A stretch of DNA of 64,000 nt from Kofleriaceae bacterium (GCA_046597055.1 JBKJLC010000052.1:1-64000); one strand, 5' to 3'. Shown: positions 1 through 11,835, counted from the stretch's first letter. The notes: a model not told the origin generated them from the sequence alone. Made by a program: numbers and translations.

Positions 1-44
1 GGCTTGCCCCGGCCAGTGCAGGATCGTGACTCCTGACACGCGCA

Positions 45-1445
45 GTGGAGGCCCCGAGGTTCACCGGTACGCGCCGACCGGCTCTCCTCGGAGAGCCACC
101 CGAAACCCAGGAGCGCCACCTTCCGCCACTGGATCCTGACGCGGTTCTAGGCGACGCAACCAGCGACGCCCCAGCCGATGCGCCAACCGACGCGACCGTC
201 CTGTGTGAGCCCAACACGATCGCCTGCGATGAAACCAGCGGGATCTACACGGACTGTTCGGATGCGGGCATCGCGGAATTTGAGATGACGTGTCCACTAG
301 GCTGCGCGCGCGACACGGAAAAATGCCTGGACATCGACCCGCGCAACGGGCTTGCCCCGTATCTCGACATGGCTCGCGACCGGTCTGACGCGCCGGCAGT
401 CGAGTTGAGCGGCGCCGCGCTGATCCGCGGCGCCGCGCTCCTTGATGGAGGGATTTCAATCAACGTCCCAACGGTCCTACACGACGAAGTGACCGTGTTC
501 ATGGTGAAGAGCCTCACCGTGCGGGGGACCCTGAAGATCGAGAGCGGAAACGACTACTCAGGCGGTGGGCCGGGGGTAGCCATCGTGTCGGACGGCGACG
601 TCCTCATCGAGGGCCCGGTGGACGTGTCTGCCGATGGAAAACGAGGCGGGCCCGGGAGCGGCGGCAACGGCGGCACACCCTCATGCAGCGGAGCCGGGTC
701 CTATGATGGATCACAGGTCTCGCCGACGCCGGGTGCGGGCGGGGGAGGAAGTTCGGGACCTGGAGCCGCCGGTGGGCGCGACGCCACTGGGGCCGCCGGG
801 TTTCGTGGCGGATGGTACGGAGCCTCGGTGGAGCCGTTCCGAGGTGGCTGCTCCGGAGGCGGCATCCTCGAGGGCGGGGGGAAGCAGGACGGGAACTGGT
901 CGTTCGGCGGTGGCGGCGGTGGGGCACTTCATATCGTCAGCCGCACCCGCATCGTGATCACTGGTGCCGGGAGGATCGACGCCAGCGGTGGCGGTGCCGA
1001 ATGCCTCCAGTTCTTCCCGACCCTGGGCCCCTCCACGCCTGGCGCGGGCGGCGGCGGCGGCGGCGCATTGCTACTCGAAGCGCCGCAAGTGGTGTTCGAT
1101 GGTGCAGAAGTCGTGCTTTCCACAAAGGGGGGCGGCGGCTCAGCGGCCTCGACATGTGCGAGCACAGCCAGCGATGGAGCTGACGGTGGGTACTCCGCTC
1201 AGCCCGCCGCGGGCGGAATCAGCGAGTATGCAACCTATCCGGGTGGCGGCGCTGGAGGTTCTCGCAACTCAATGCCCGCCGCCGGCGGTAACAGCACGTC
1301 CTCCGGAAGTGATGGAGGGGGTGGGGGCGGCGCCGTAGGAGTGACGTCAGTGTTCACCACCACAGGAGTGGTGGTGCCCCAGAACGGCGCAACGATTCAA
1401 TCCAACGAAATGTTCGGGCCGATTCGAACGCGACTCGTACCGTAG
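45..1445 (+). CDS. Glycine-rich hypothetical (probably extracellular) protein with Cys-rich N-terminal segment
   Basis: 466-aa ORF with DA-repeat linker, Cys-rich motif (CEPNTIACD..CPLGC..C) and repeated GGGGGG/IDASGG blocks typical of myxobacterial Gly-rich proteins; start uncertain, no clear signal peptide. Confidence 0.6.
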   Translation: MEAPRFTGTRRPALLGEPPETQERHLPPLDPDAVLGDATSDAPADAPTDATVLCEPNTIACDETSGIYTDCSDAGIAEFEMTCPLGCARDTEKCLDIDPRNGLAPYLDMARDRSDAPAVELSGAALIRGAALLDGGISINVPTVLHDEVTVFMVKSLTVRGTLKIESGNDYSGGGPGVAIVSDGDVLIEGPVDVSADGKRGGPGSGGNGGTPSCSGAGSYDGSQVSPTPGAGGGGSSGPGAAGGRDATGAAGFRGGWYGASVEPFRGGCSGGGILEGGGKQDGNWSFGGGGGGALHIVSRTRIVITGAGRIDASGGGAECLQFFPTLGPSTPGAGGGGGGALLLEAPQVVFDGAEVVLSTKGGGGSAASTCASTASDGADGGYSAQPAAGGISEYATYPGGGAGGSRNSMPAAGGNSTSSGSDGGGGGGAVGVTSVFTTTGVVVPQNGATIQSNEMFGPIRTRLVP

Positions 1446-1790
1446 GGCACCATTGATTTGGTGTTGCCCGAACTTCACGCTACTAGATCGCGTGCCGCCC
1501 ACCACCAGCACGAGGTTCGGCGCCATTCCGATCGGGACCTGACCAAGGGGTCAGGCGACCGCAGCCCGTGTAGACGCGCTCGCTGGTGCGGACGCCGAAG
1601 CGGGTCGCGACCCGCCTGTCCTCGTAGGAGAATCCGAACCGCAAGCGGCGGACGGTAGCGACGATATTTCGCACCGAGGCGGGCGTTATCGGCGACGGCC
1701 GCGGTGGCACGCGCGCGGCATGGCGATAAGTCCGGTCAAAAGGGGGCGAAGCTCGCGCCGACGCGGCCTAGCGACGGCACGCTTGCCGAG

Positions 1791-3341
1791 CTAGGGACAG
1801 GCGATGGTCGTCAGGTCGGCCGTGGTTCGCGGCAGGAGGCGGCGCTGGTCGTCAAAGATATTGACGGACATGATGCCAGTCACGGTCGAGAAACAGGTCC
1901 CCGTCGAATACACGGGCGTGCGGGGATCCGGGGGGTCCGGCGTCAGCACGGCGTAATCGAGGATGTCGTCATCCATCACGATCGTGGTCGTCCCGTTCGT
2001 GAGCGTGGCCCGATCGCCCGATGCGGTCGACATCACGCGCAGGTTCGACAGGGTCACCAGCACCCCCTCGTAGGGCTCGCCCGGCGTGCCGATGTCCATC
2101 AGCGTCGGAATCGCGATGCCTTCCAGTGGAAGGGGCGTGGCGGTGCCGGTCGCGGGCGTCACCGTCGGGCTCTCGATCTGGGTCACGGTATCGCCCGGGG
2201 GCTGGAAGTCGAACTCGTCGACGGTTCCGGCCACGTCGACGATCTGCCCCACCGTGACGGTCTGCGTGGTGTCGCCGGTGAATACGAAGATGCCCTGGTT
2301 CGCGGCCGCCTGCGCCGCGTCCGAGATCCAGAACCCGCGCGACGCCCTGCCAGTGCCAAGCGCCGTCACGACCACGTCGTTCAGCACCACGCTGCCGGTG
2401 ACCATCTCGGCCTGGATCATGGCGATCGTCGTCGCCGTCCGGCAGGTCGGCTCGGTCGCGGTGCAGCTGAAGTCCAGGCAGTCGACGAAGCCGTTGGCGT
2501 CGTTGTCCATGCCGTCGGTGCAGGCCGTCTCGGCGGGCGGGCAACCGGCGCCACCCTTCACGATGTCGGTCGTCGTGCGCGGCAGCACCTTGTAGTCGTA
2601 GAAGTAGTCACCCATGCCGGTGACCGACGCGAGGCACTCGCCTCGGGTGACGTACGGGGGATCGATCGGGATCTCGGCCAGCGAGGAGTCCACGACGTAC
2701 TGGCCGGTGATGTCGAACTTCCGGAAGGTCAGGTCGGGCATGCTGCCCGAGATCTGGCGGACGTTGCCGGTGACCGACACGTTGGTCACCTGGATCAGCA
2801 CGCCCTCCCACTTCTCGTACTCCGCGATGCGCTGCGCCTCGGTCATGGCACCGTAGCGGAGTGCGTCGACGACCTGCGGAGCCGGCACCGTGCCCGTCCC
2901 GACCTTGGTGACGACCAGCGAGCCCATGGACGCCGGGATCAACTCGGTCACGGTGGCGGTGTCGTCGGGCTGCGAGTACTCGTCCTTGAGCGCACCGGAG
3001 ATGTCGACCAGGTCCCCGACCGCCAGCGCAGCGACCTGCTCGCGCGTCGCGCCGAACACCAGGACGCCCGAGTACTCGCCGCCACCGGGCTCCATCACGT
3101 AGAAGTTCCCGCTGCGATCGCCGAAGGCGTCGATCCCGACCACGACCACCCCGCGCAGGGTGACTGCGGTCTCGACCATCGTCGCGTCCGACTGCACGTC
3201 CTGGATGCGCATGTCGTCGCCCACAGGCGCATCCGGGGTTCCGTCGTCGTCGCCACCGTCGTCTCCGCGGCAGCCGGATGAGACGAGGGCCAGGACGGTC
3301 AGCGAGGCGAGCGAGGCGAGCAGGCGGGGTAGGCGAGGCAT
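1791..3341 (-). CDS. Lipoprotein with duplicated OB-fold-like modules (ExeM/YhcR-like) and a Cys/Asp-rich repeat
   Basis: Lipobox SSGC; two copies of I..IQ...V.L..VVV...F......G+.VF...VG.+VD+.G and (W/Y)EGVL+.+.N motifs, separated by ETACTDGMDNDANGFVDCLD. Confidence 0.7.
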   Translation of the reverse strand: MPRLPRLLASLASLTVLALVSSGCRGDDGGDDDGTPDAPVGDDMRIQDVQSDATMVETAVTLRGVVVVGIDAFGDRSGNFYVMEPGGGEYSGVLVFGATREQVAALAVGDLVDISGALKDEYSQPDDTATVTELIPASMGSLVVTKVGTGTVPAPQVVDALRYGAMTEAQRIAEYEKWEGVLIQVTNVSVTGNVRQISGSMPDLTFRKFDITGQYVVDSSLAEIPIDPPYVTRGECLASVTGMGDYFYDYKVLPRTTTDIVKGGAGCPPAETACTDGMDNDANGFVDCLDFSCTATEPTCRTATTIAMIQAEMVTGSVVLNDVVVTALGTGRASRGFWISDAAQAAANQGIFVFTGDTTQTVTVGQIVDVAGTVDEFDFQPPGDTVTQIESPTVTPATGTATPLPLEGIAIPTLMDIGTPGEPYEGVLVTLSNLRVMSTASGDRATLTNGTTTIVMDDDILDYAVLTPDPPDPRTPVYSTGTCFSTVTGIMSVNIFDDQRRLLPRTTADLTTIACP

Positions 3342-3411
3342 GGGGCTCCCAGGTGGGGCCGCCGCCTCGACAGGAGGCACGCGGCGGGTTCATTCCGACG
3401 CGTCATACACC

Positions 3412-3441
3412 AAAACAAAACGCCCGCGGTGAAGCGGGCGT
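3412..3441 (-). terminator. Rho-independent terminator of the alpha operon
   Basis: Minus strand ACGCCCGC-TTCACC-GCGGGCGT followed by TTTGTTTT, downstream of rplQ. Confidence 0.85.
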
Positions 3442-3526
3442 CACAGTGACCAACAGAGGTGCGAACCGTACCCTTCGTGCTTCGGCGCACGGTCCATGAC
3501 CGCACAGCGACGGCGAAGGGCTTCTC

Positions 3527-3949
3527 TCAGGCGATGGCGGGAGCGAGGCCGACCAGCTCGATGAGAGCCATCGACGCCGCGTCGCCACGCCGGAACCGCG
3601 TCTTGATCACGCGGGTGTAACCGCCCGGCCGCTCCTTGAAGTGCGGGCCGATCTCCGAGAACAGACGGTCGAGCGCAGTGCTCGTCTTGACCGTCTGCCG
3701 CGCCATGCGCTTGGCGTGGACGACCCGAGCGCGCTCGCCCGGGGTCATCTTCTCGCCCTTCTTGACCAGGTCGGCCACCTCGACGCCCCACTTGATCGTG
3801 GAGTCGGCGAACTTGCGCAGTTCCTTGGCCTTCGCCTCGGTGGTCTCGATGCGGCCGTAGGTGAACAGCGCCGTCACCAAGTTGTTGAACAACGCGTGCC
3901 GATGCGGCGCGTTGCGGTTGAGCTGTCGTCCAGAGAGTCCGTGGCGCAT
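3527..3949 (-). CDS. rplQ: 50S ribosomal protein L17
   Basis: [12 protein letters not shown]...[11 protein letters not shown]...RPGGYTR; position after rpoA. Confidence 0.98.
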   Translation of the reverse strand: MRHGLSGRQLNRNAPHRHALFNNLVTALFTYGRIETTEAKAKELRKFADSTIKWGVEVADLVKKGEKMTPGERARVVHAKRMARQTVKTSTALDRLFSEIGPHFKERPGGYTRVIKTRFRRGDAASMALIELVGLAPAIA

Positions 3950-3953
3950 GGGA

Positions 3954-4967
3954 TCACTTCTTGAGGGGGTTGGGACCCGGCCAGTTGTCGAGCTTCATGC
4001 CCAGGGAGAGGCCCATCTCGGCCAAGATCTCCTTGATCTCCTTGAGCGACTTACGGCCGAAGTTCTTGGTCTTCAGCATCTCGGACTCGGACTTCTGCAC
4101 CAGCTCGCCAATATACTTGATATTGGCGTTCTGGAGACAGTTCGCCGAGCGCACGCTGAGCTCCAGCTCGTCGACGGTCCGCCACAGGTTCTCGTTGAGC
4201 TTCTCCTGCTCCTCGTCGCGGATCGGCTCGGCCGGCTCGGCCATCTCCTCGAAGTTGATGAACAGGTTCAGCTGCTCCTTGAGGATCTTCGCCGCGAAGG
4301 CAACCGCGTCGTCGGGACGCACGGCGCCGTTGGTCCAGACTTCCAGGGTCAACTTGTCGTAGTCGGTCTGCTGACCGACGCGCGCGTTGGTGACCGTGAA
4401 GTTGACCTTCTTGATCGGAGAGTACAGCGCGTCGATGGCGACCGACCCGACAGGCAGGTTGGCGCTGTGACGCTCGGCCGGCGCGTAGCCGCGGCCGGTG
4501 GCGATGGTCAGCTCCATCGCGATCTTGCCGTCCTTGGCGAGCGTGCAAATCCGATGGTTCGGATTGAGCACGTTGATGCCGTCGAGGACCGTGATGTCCT
4601 TCGCCAGGACCGGACCCTCGCCGGTCTTGTCCAGGCGGAGGGTGTAGGTCTTGTCGGTCTCGACCTTGAACAGCGTTTCCTTGAGGTTGAGGATGATGTC
4701 AGTCACATCCTCCACGACGCCGGGCAACGAGCTGAACTCGTGCAACGCGCCATCGATGCCGATGTGGGTGATCGCCGCGCCCTGCAGCGACGACAGAAGG
4801 ACGCGCCGCAGGCCGGTGCCGAGGGTCGTACCAAAGCCGCGCTCAAGCGGCTCGCACGAGAACTTCCCGTAGGTCTCGGACCGCTCCTCGATCTCGAGCA
4901 TGCGCGGCCTGATCAGGTCGCGCCAGTTCTTGGCCATGAAGGCGGTCTGCTCGGGGGTCGGCTCCAT
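3954..4967 (-). CDS. rpoA: RNA polymerase alpha subunit
   Basis: [33 protein letters not shown] at 4967 with GAAGGAG RBS. Confidence 0.98.
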   Translation of the reverse strand: MEPTPEQTAFMAKNWRDLIRPRMLEIEERSETYGKFSCEPLERGFGTTLGTGLRRVLLSSLQGAAITHIGIDGALHEFSSLPGVVEDVTDIILNLKETLFKVETDKTYTLRLDKTGEGPVLAKDITVLDGINVLNPNHRICTLAKDGKIAMELTIATGRGYAPAERHSANLPVGSVAIDALYSPIKKVNFTVTNARVGQQTDYDKLTLEVWTNGAVRPDDAVAFAAKILKEQLNLFINFEEMAEPAEPIRDEEQEKLNENLWRTVDELELSVRSANCLQNANIKYIGELVQKSESEMLKTKNFGRKSLKEIKEILAEMGLSLGMKLDNWPGPNPLKK

Positions 4968-5026
4968 CGTCGCTCCTTCGCGCAATCTCAGAATCTCGGA
5001 AACAGGGTGACTCAGAAAGAGTCAGA

Positions 5027-5656
<630 letters not shown>

Positions 5657-5678
5657 CGCGGTGCTTCCTTGTTCTCGG

Positions 5679-6068
5679 TCAGACGCGGCGGCGCTTGCGG
5701 GGCCGACAGCCGTTGTGGGGAACCGGGGTCACGTCGCGGATCAAGTTGATCTTGAATCCGGCGGCGTTGAGCGCACGCAGCGCCGACTCACGTCCCGAGC
5801 CGGGGCCCTTGACGTAGACGGTCACGTTGCGCACGCCGTGCTCCATCGCCTTCTTGGCGGCGTCCTCGGCCGCGAGCTGCGCGGCGAACGGGGTCGACTT
5901 GCGCGAACCCTTGAAGCCGCACGTTCCCGACGACGACCAGGCGACGACGTTGCCCGAGACATCGGTGATCGAGACGATCGTGTTGTTGAACGTCGCGGAG
6001 ATATGCGCGACGCCGGTCTGGATGTTCTTCCGGACCTTCTTCTTCTGCTTGCCCTTGACGGTAGACAT
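5679..6068 (-). CDS. rpsK: 30S ribosomal protein S11
   Basis: [26 protein letters not shown]. Confidence 0.98.
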   Translation of the reverse strand: MSTVKGKQKKKVRKNIQTGVAHISATFNNTIVSITDVSGNVVAWSSSGTCGFKGSRKSTPFAAQLAAEDAAKKAMEHGVRNVTVYVKGPGSGRESALRALNAAGFKINLIRDVTPVPHNGCRPRKRRRV

Positions 6069-6119
6069 TGGTTCGCTCCGCTCGCTCCGATGCCGGTCCC
6101 AGTGGCGGACCGGCTCAGG

Positions 6120-6503
6120 TCACTTCTTGGTGGCGCCGCCCTGCTTCTTGACGGCCATGCGACGCGGACCCTTACGGGTGCGGGCGTTGGTGTGCGTACG
6201 CTGACCGCGGACCGGCAGGTTGCGCTTGTGGCGCGAACCGCGGTAGCAGCCGAGGTCGACAAGGCGCTTGATCGAGAGCTGCACGTCGCGGCGAAGGTCG
6301 CCCTCGACGCGGTAGTTCTTGTCGATCGCGTCGCGCAGCTTGCGGACGTCGTTCTCGTCGAGATCGTCGGTACGCTTGTCCGGCGAGATGCCCGACTCCT
6401 GGAGGACCAGGTTCGAAGCGTAACGGCCGAGGCCGTAGATATACGTGAGAGCGATCTCGATCCGCTTGTTGCGGGGGAGGTCGACGCCAGCGATGCGAGC
6501 CAT
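6120..6503 (-). CDS. rpsM: 30S ribosomal protein S13
   Basis: [27 protein letters not shown]. Confidence 0.98.
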   Translation of the reverse strand: MARIAGVDLPRNKRIEIALTYIYGLGRYASNLVLQESGISPDKRTDDLDENDVRKLRDAIDKNYRVEGDLRRDVQLSIKRLVDLGCYRGSRHKRNLPVRGQRTHTNARTRKGPRRMAVKKQGGATKK

Positions 6504-6570
6504 ACCGTGTGTCTCCTAGATGATCTTGGTCAAGAACGACTGGTCAGGCGAAGCGCCCGACCTGGACGTC

Positions 6571-6684
6571 TCATCCCTGGCGCTGCTTGTGTCGCGTGTT
6601 GGTGCAGATGACGCGCACGACGCCCTTGCGCTTGATGACCTTGCACTTGACACAGATGGGCTTGACCGACGCTCGAACTTTCAT
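6571..6684 (-). CDS. rpmJ: 50S ribosomal protein L36 (not in ORF track)
   Basis: Manual translation [37 protein letters not shown]. Confidence 0.97.
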   Translation of the reverse strand: MKVRASVKPICVKCKVIKRKGVVRVICTNTRHKQRQG

Positions 6685-6689
6685 GAGCT

Positions 6690-7484
6690 CTATCTTTCGT
6701 CGTGACCGGGATTGCCTGGGGTGGACGACTTGCGGGTGAGCACCCAGGGCCCTTCGTCCAGGACGGCGATGGTGTGCTCGAAGTGGGCTGAAAGGCTGCG
6801 GTCCTTGGTCACCGCTGTCCAGCCATCATCGAGTACTTCGACGTCAGGGGCCCCGGCGTTTACCATAGGTTCCACGGCGATGACAAGGCCGCGTTTGATC
6901 GCTTTTCCTCGTCCGGGGGTGCCGTAGTTCGGAACTGCGGGATCTTCGTGCATTCGTCGGCCGATCCCGTGCCCGACGAACACCCTAACTACTGAATAAC
7001 CTTCGGCCTCGGCACACTTCTGGACCGCCGCGCCGATATCCTCGAGCCGATTGCCCACGCGGCACTGATCGATCGCCATGTCGAGGGCGCGACGGGTGGT
7101 GCTCACCAGCCGCTCGGTCTCCGGGCTTCCCTGCCCCGCGATCACGCTGCGGGCGGAGTCGCCGCACAGCCCATGCTTGAACGAACCGAAGTCGACCGAG
7201 ACGATGTCCCCGGCCTTGACGATCTTGTCCTTGCGCGGGATGCCGTGAACGATTTCCTCGTTGATCGAGATGCAGGTCACGGCTGGATACGGTGGGCTCG
7301 CGTAACCGAGGAACGCACTTACCACGGCTTCACGCTTGATCGCGGCCCGCGCGATCCGATCGAGCTCCCAGGTGGAGATCCCGGGCTCCACCGCCGCGCA
7401 CACCTCGTCGAGGATGGACGCCACCGTCAACGCGCTCTCGCGCATCTGGTGAATCTGCTCGGTGGTCTTGTAGTCGATGCGCAT
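6690..7484 (-). CDS. map: Type I methionine aminopeptidase
   Basis: [39 protein letters not shown]. Confidence 0.96.
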   Translation of the reverse strand: MRIDYKTTEQIHQMRESALTVASILDEVCAAVEPGISTWELDRIARAAIKREAVVSAFLGYASPPYPAVTCISINEEIVHGIPRKDKIVKAGDIVSVDFGSFKHGLCGDSARSVIAGQGSPETERLVSTTRRALDMAIDQCRVGNRLEDIGAAVQKCAEAEGYSVVRVFVGHGIGRRMHEDPAVPNYGTPGRGKAIKRGLVIAVEPMVNAGAPDVEVLDDGWTAVTKDRSLSAHFEHTIAVLDEGPWVLTRKSSTPGNPGHDER

Positions 7485-7557
7485 CGTGGAAACGCGAGCG
7501 CCGCGCGACCCCCTGCGGGGCGGCGCGGCGCCGTTGGTGGTCGGCTCGCCTGTCCTG

Positions 7558-8904
7558 TCAGCGTGCAGGCGCTGGCCGTGCGGCGACGCGCCCTCGGATC
7601 CGCGGGCCCTTGGGTCCCGTGAAGCCTTCGTAGTTGCGGGTGATGAGGTGCGATTCGATCTGCTGGACGGTGTCGAGGGCGACGCCGACCACGATGAGGA
7701 GGCCCGTGCCGCCGAAGCTGAACGGGACCGACATGTACTTCTGGAGAATCGCCGGGATCATGCAGACCGCCGACAGGTACAGCGCGCCGGCAAAGGTGAT
7801 CCGGGTGAGCACGCGCTCGATGTACTGCGCGGTGTTCTTGCCTGGGCGGATGCCGGGGACGAAGCCGCCGCTCTTCTTCAGGTTGTCGGCGACCTCTACC
7901 GGGTTGAAGACCACCGCGGTGTAGAAGTACGCGAAGAAGATGACGAGAACCGTGAAGATCGCGTTGTAACGCCAGTCGGTCGGGTTGAGCGCCGACGACA
8001 TCGACTGCAGCAGCGGCGAGCCCGACATATTCGCGATCTGGGTCGGGAACATCAGAATCGACGAGGCGAAGATGGGCGGGATGACGCCCGACACGTTGAT
8101 CTTCAGCGGCAGGTGCGACTGGGCGCCCTGGTAGAGCTTCCGCCCGACCTGGCGCTTGGCGTACTGGACCGGAATCTTGCGGTGCGCGCGCTCGAAGTAG
8201 CAGATGGCCGCGATGGTCGCGACGATGAGAACCACCAGCAGCAGGACCTGGAAGTTGCCCGCGCTGTTGTCGTCCGCGCCGCCACCCGGGTTGGCCAGGT
8301 ACGTCGTGATCGCATCAGGCATCGCGGCGATGATGCCCGCGAAGATGATCATCGACGTGCCGTTGCCGATACCGCGCTCGGTGATCTGCTCGCCGAGCCA
8401 CATGATGAAGGCGGTGCCCGTGGTGAGGCTGAGGATGGTCAGGAGCCGGAAGCCCCATCCCGGATCGACGACGATCTCGGCCCCGCGGCCCGACAGACCC
8501 TCGAGGTACTGCGCGATGAAGAAGCCCTGGACGACCGCCAGCAGGATCGTGCCGTAGCGCGTCAGCTGGTTGATCTTGCGACGCCCTTGCTCGCCTTCCT
8601 TGTTGAGCTCCCCGAGCTTGGGGATCACGACCGTGAGCAGCTGCATCACGATCGACGCGCTCACGTACGGCATGATGCCGAGCGCGAAGATCGACATCTG
8701 CTCGAGCGCACCGCCCGAGAACATGTTGAACATGCCCAGGAAGGAGCCCGTGCTCTTCGAGATCAGGTTGCCCATCTCGACCCGGTTCACACCCGGGACG
8801 GTGATGAACACGCCGATCCGGTAGACCGCGATCATCGCAAGCGTGAAGAGGATCCGCTTGCGTAGCTCTGGGATCTTGCCGATATTCTGGAGGCTGTTTG
8901 CCAC
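7558..8904 (-). CDS. secY: Preprotein translocase SecY
   Basis: [43 protein letters not shown]. Confidence 0.98.
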   Translation of the reverse strand: MANSLQNIGKIPELRKRILFTLAMIAVYRIGVFITVPGVNRVEMGNLISKSTGSFLGMFNMFSGGALEQMSIFALGIMPYVSASIVMQLLTVVIPKLGELNKEGEQGRRKINQLTRYGTILLAVVQGFFIAQYLEGLSGRGAEIVVDPGWGFRLLTILSLTTGTAFIMWLGEQITERGIGNGTSMIIFAGIIAAMPDAITTYLANPGGGADDNSAGNFQVLLLVVLIVATIAAICYFERAHRKIPVQYAKRQVGRKLYQGAQSHLPLKINVSGVIPPIFASSILMFPTQIANMSGSPLLQSMSSALNPTDWRYNAIFTVLVIFFAYFYTAVVFNPVEVADNLKKSGGFVPGIRPGKNTAQYIERVLTRITFAGALYLSAVCMIPAILQKYMSVPFSFGGTGLLIVVGVALDTVQQIESHLITRNYEGFTGPKGPRIRGRVAARPAPAR

Positions 8905-8949
8905 GTAGACCCGCTTGCCGGCCGGGGCCGGCGATGGACGTTGGCTCGA

Positions 8950-9447
8950 CTACGCCTGGGGCTGAACAGGCTGAACAGCCTCGCCGACCACGCGGTCGAG
9001 CGCGACGGCAGAGCCGCCGACACTCTCGATCTTCTCGCGCGCGGCGGCGGAGAAGCGATGGGCCCGGATCGTGAGCTTCTTGGTCAGCTCCCCCTCACCC
9101 AGGACCTTGATGAGCTTCGCACCCTTGGGCACGATGCCCTTGGCGCGCAGCGCCTCGATGTCGACGGTCGCGCCGACCTCGAAGATCGCCTCGAGCGTCT
9201 TGAGGTTGATCGGGAACGCCTCGACCCGGAACGGGTTCTTGAAGCCGCGCTTCGCGATACGCATCTTCATGGGCATCTGACCGCCCTCGAAGCCGCGGCG
9301 CGCACCGTGGTGCCCTGCCCGCGCCTTCTGGCCCTTGACGCCCTTGCCGGACGTCTTGCCCGTGCCCGAGCCTCGGCCGCGGCCGAGCCGCTTCTTGGTC
9401 TTGGTAGCGCCCTTGTTGGGAGCGAGCGTGTGGAGCGTGGTTCCCAT
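8950..9447 (-). CDS. rplO: 50S ribosomal protein L15
   Basis: [25 protein letters not shown]; likely ATG at 9447. Confidence 0.97.
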   Translation of the reverse strand: MGTTLHTLAPNKGATKTKKRLGRGRGSGTGKTSGKGVKGQKARAGHHGARRGFEGGQMPMKMRIAKRGFKNPFRVEAFPINLKTLEAIFEVGATVDIEALRAKGIVPKGAKLIKVLGEGELTKKLTIRAHRFSAAAREKIESVGGSAVALDRVVGEAVQPVQPQA

Positions 9448-9591
9448 CGCGATCCTGCCTTCAATCCCGCGGGTGCGAGGCACCCCGGTAGCGACCGCGC
9501 GGCGTACCGCGCGGCTGGTAACTTGTACTGTGCCGACCCTCGGCGCAACTGCCCGAACGGCCGGCCCCGCGCGGTGACCCGCGCGGGTGGT

Positions 9592-9777
9592 CTACTCGAC
9601 CGGTACCACCGTGATGAGGTGACTGACCTTGCGGATCATCCCGCGGATGGAGGGGGTGTCCTCCAGGATCGACGTCTTGTGGGGGCGGCCGACGCCGAGG
9701 CCCCGGAGGGTCGCCCGCTGGGTCTCGGGGCGACCGATGCCGCTCCGGATCTGGGTGACCTTGATCTTGAGCGCCAT
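9592..9777 (-). CDS. rpmD: 50S ribosomal protein L30
   Basis: IKVTQIRSGIGR...TPSIRGMIRKVSHL. Confidence 0.96.
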   Translation of the reverse strand: MALKIKVTQIRSGIGRPETQRATLRGLGVGRPHKTSILEDTPSIRGMIRKVSHLITVVPVE

Positions 9778-9779
9778 GA

Positions 9780-10280
9780 TTAGCCTCGCATCTCCGCGAC
9801 AGTCTTGCCGCGGGTCTTGCCGATCTGCTCGGCCGAGCGCAGCGCCTTGAGCGCCATCACGACCGCGTGGATCACGTTGTGCGGGTTCGAGGTACCGAAC
9901 GACTTCGTGAGGATGTCGGTGACACCCGCGACCTCGAGAACGGGCCGGACGCCGCCGCCGGCGATGACGCCGGTACCAGGCGCGGCCGGACGGAGCAGAA
10001 CCTGCGCCGCGCCGAACTGCCCCATGATCTCGTGGGGGATGGTCCCCTTGATCAGCGGAATCCGGAACAGGTTGCGCTTGGCGCGGTCGGTGCCCTTGCG
10101 GATCGCCTCGGGAACCTCGTTTGCCTTGCCCAGGCCCGCGCCGACGTGACCGTTCTGATCGCCCACGACGACGAGCGCCGCGAACGAGAACCGCCGACCG
10201 CCCTTCACAACCTTGGCGACGCGGTTGATGAAGACGACCTTGTCAACGAGCTCGCCAACTTCTTCGGGATTGATCGACAT
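9780..10280 (-). CDS. rpsE: 30S ribosomal protein S5
   Basis: [28 protein letters not shown]. Confidence 0.98.
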   Translation of the reverse strand: MSINPEEVGELVDKVVFINRVAKVVKGGRRFSFAALVVVGDQNGHVGAGLGKANEVPEAIRKGTDRAKRNLFRIPLIKGTIPHEIMGQFGAAQVLLRPAAPGTGVIAGGGVRPVLEVAGVTDILTKSFGTSNPHNVIHAVVMALKALRSAEQIGKTRGKTVAEMRG

Positions 10281-10298
10281 GTTGAATCCTGTCCGTGA

Positions 10299-10688
10299 CT
10301 AGAAGGCGAGCCCGGCCTCGCGGGCGCCGTCAGCGACCTCCGCGACTCGGCCGTGATAGAGATAACCGTTACGATCGAAGACCACGGTGGTGATCTGCTT
10401 CGCGAGCAGCTTCGCACCGATGGTCTTGCCGATCAGGCGAGCGCGGTCCTTCTTGGACTTGCCCTCGCTCGACTCGATGGCGGCCTTGAAGGAGGCCTCG
10501 AGGTCCGACGCGGTGGCGAGCACCTGGCCGCTGACGTCGTCGACCGCCTGCGCGTAGATATGCTTGGAGGAGCGGAACACCGACAGGCGCGGACGCTCGG
10601 CGGTGCCCGAGATGCGCTTGCGGATGTGGCCCTTGCGGCGCTGCCGCTTGCGGTCCTGGGGATTGACGATCTTCTCGTGGCCAGCCAT
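10299..10688 (-). CDS. rplR: 50S ribosomal protein L18
   Basis: [28 protein letters not shown]. Confidence 0.98.
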   Translation of the reverse strand: MAGHEKIVNPQDRKRQRRKGHIRKRISGTAERPRLSVFRSSKHIYAQAVDDVSGQVLATASDLEASFKAAIESSEGKSKKDRARLIGKTIGAKLLAKQITTVVFDRNGYLYHGRVAEVADGAREAGLAF

Positions 10689-10697
10689 CGGAGTCTC

Positions 10698-11240
10698 CTA
10701 CTTACCCTTGCCCGCGGCCTTACCAGCCTTGCGGATGATCGTCTCCTCGACGTACTTCACGCCCTTGCCCTTGTAAGGCTCGGGGGGCCGGAAGCTGCGG
10801 ATCTCCGCGGCCGCGGCACCGAGGACCTGCTTGTCCATCGCCGAGAGGATCAAGATGTTCTTGTCCACCTTGGCGGTCACACCCTCGGGGAGCTTGAACT
10901 CGACCGGGTGCGAGAAGCCCAGGGTCAGCACGATGGTGCTGCCCTTGACCTCGGCGCGGTAACCAACACCGTTGATCTCGAGCTTGCGCTCGAAGCCCTT
11001 GGTGACGCCGGTGACGATGTTGTTCGTCAGCGCGCGCATCAGGCCGTGGGCGGCGCGGGTCGGCTTGTCCTCATCCGAGCGAGTGAAGACGAGCTCGTTG
11101 TTCTCTTGCTTGATCTCGATCGCCTCGTGGCGACGGAGCGTCAGGGACCCCTTGGGGCCCTTGGCGGTCACAAGATCAGGTGTGATCTGAACGGTCACAC
11201 CCTTGGGAATCTCGACGGAGCGCTTGCCGATGCGGGACAT
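10698..11240 (-). CDS. rplF: 50S ribosomal protein L6
   Basis: MSRIGK..., [11 protein letters not shown]. Confidence 0.98.
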   Translation of the reverse strand: MSRIGKRSVEIPKGVTVQITPDLVTAKGPKGSLTLRRHEAIEIKQENNELVFTRSDEDKPTRAAHGLMRALTNNIVTGVTKGFERKLEINGVGYRAEVKGSTIVLTLGFSHPVEFKLPEGVTAKVDKNILILSAMDKQVLGAAAAEIRSFRPPEPYKGKGVKYVEETIIRKAGKAAGKGK

Positions 11241-11244
11241 GGCG

Positions 11245-11643
11245 TCACCAGATCTCGCAAAGAATCTCGCCACCCACGCCGCGCTTGCGCGCCTCGCGGT
11301 CGGTCATGATCCCCTGCGACGTGGAGATAATGGCGATCCCGAGGCCGTTACGGACTCGGTGAACGTCACGGGCCGGGACGTACATGCGCTGGCCGGGACG
11401 CGACACGCGGCGGAGGCCGGTGATCGCGTTGTGAGTACGGCCATCGTAACGCAGCGTCACGGTGATGGTGCCCGACTTCTCGTCCTCGGCAGCAACGACA
11501 CCGTCGAGGAAGCCCTCCTGGCGGAGGATCTCGGCGATGCGGAGCTTGATGATCGAGCGGGGGCAGGCCACCTCGCGCTTGCGGGCACGAATGCCGTTGC
11601 GGAGACGGGCCAAGAAATCAGCGATTGGGTCAGTCATCGACAC
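11245..11643 (-). CDS. rpsH: 30S ribosomal protein S8
   Basis: [28 protein letters not shown]. Confidence 0.98.
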   Translation of the reverse strand: MSMTDPIADFLARLRNGIRARKREVACPRSIIKLRIAEILRQEGFLDGVVAAEDEKSGTITVTLRYDGRTHNAITGLRRVSRPGQRMYVPARDVHRVRNGLGIAIISTSQGIMTDREARKRGVGGEILCEIW

Positions 11644-11655
11644 GGCGTTGTCTCC

Positions 11656-11835
11656 TCACCAGCTCGACTTGATGACGCCCGGGATCTCACCGCGAAGGGC
11701 GAGCTCACGAAAGCAGAGTCGGCACATCTCGAATTTACGAATGAACGCGCGCGACCGGCCGCACCGCTTGCAGCGGTTGTGGTGGCGAACCTTGAACTTC
11801 ACAACCTTCGGAAGTCTGTCGACGAGCTTGCTCAT
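11656..11835 (-). CDS. rpsN: 30S ribosomal protein S14 type Z (not in ORF track)
   Basis: Manual translation [63 protein letters not shown] overlap with rplE stop. Confidence 0.96.
   Translation of the reverse strand: MSKLVDRLPKVVKFKVRHHNRCKRCGRSRAFIRKFEMCRLCFRELALRGEIPGVIKSSW

Noticed and set aside
45..150. IS3-like terminal inverted repeat near the window start
   Set aside because: Only a loose resemblance; no matching partner repeat or transposase visible
1483..1710. 75-aa ORF in the convergent gap
   Set aside because: No motif, weak codon bias and no RBS
9448..9591. Internal promoter or terminator between rpmD and rplO
   Set aside because: The GC hairpin lacks a U-tract, and the TTGCGC/TACAAG spacing (15 nt) is poor
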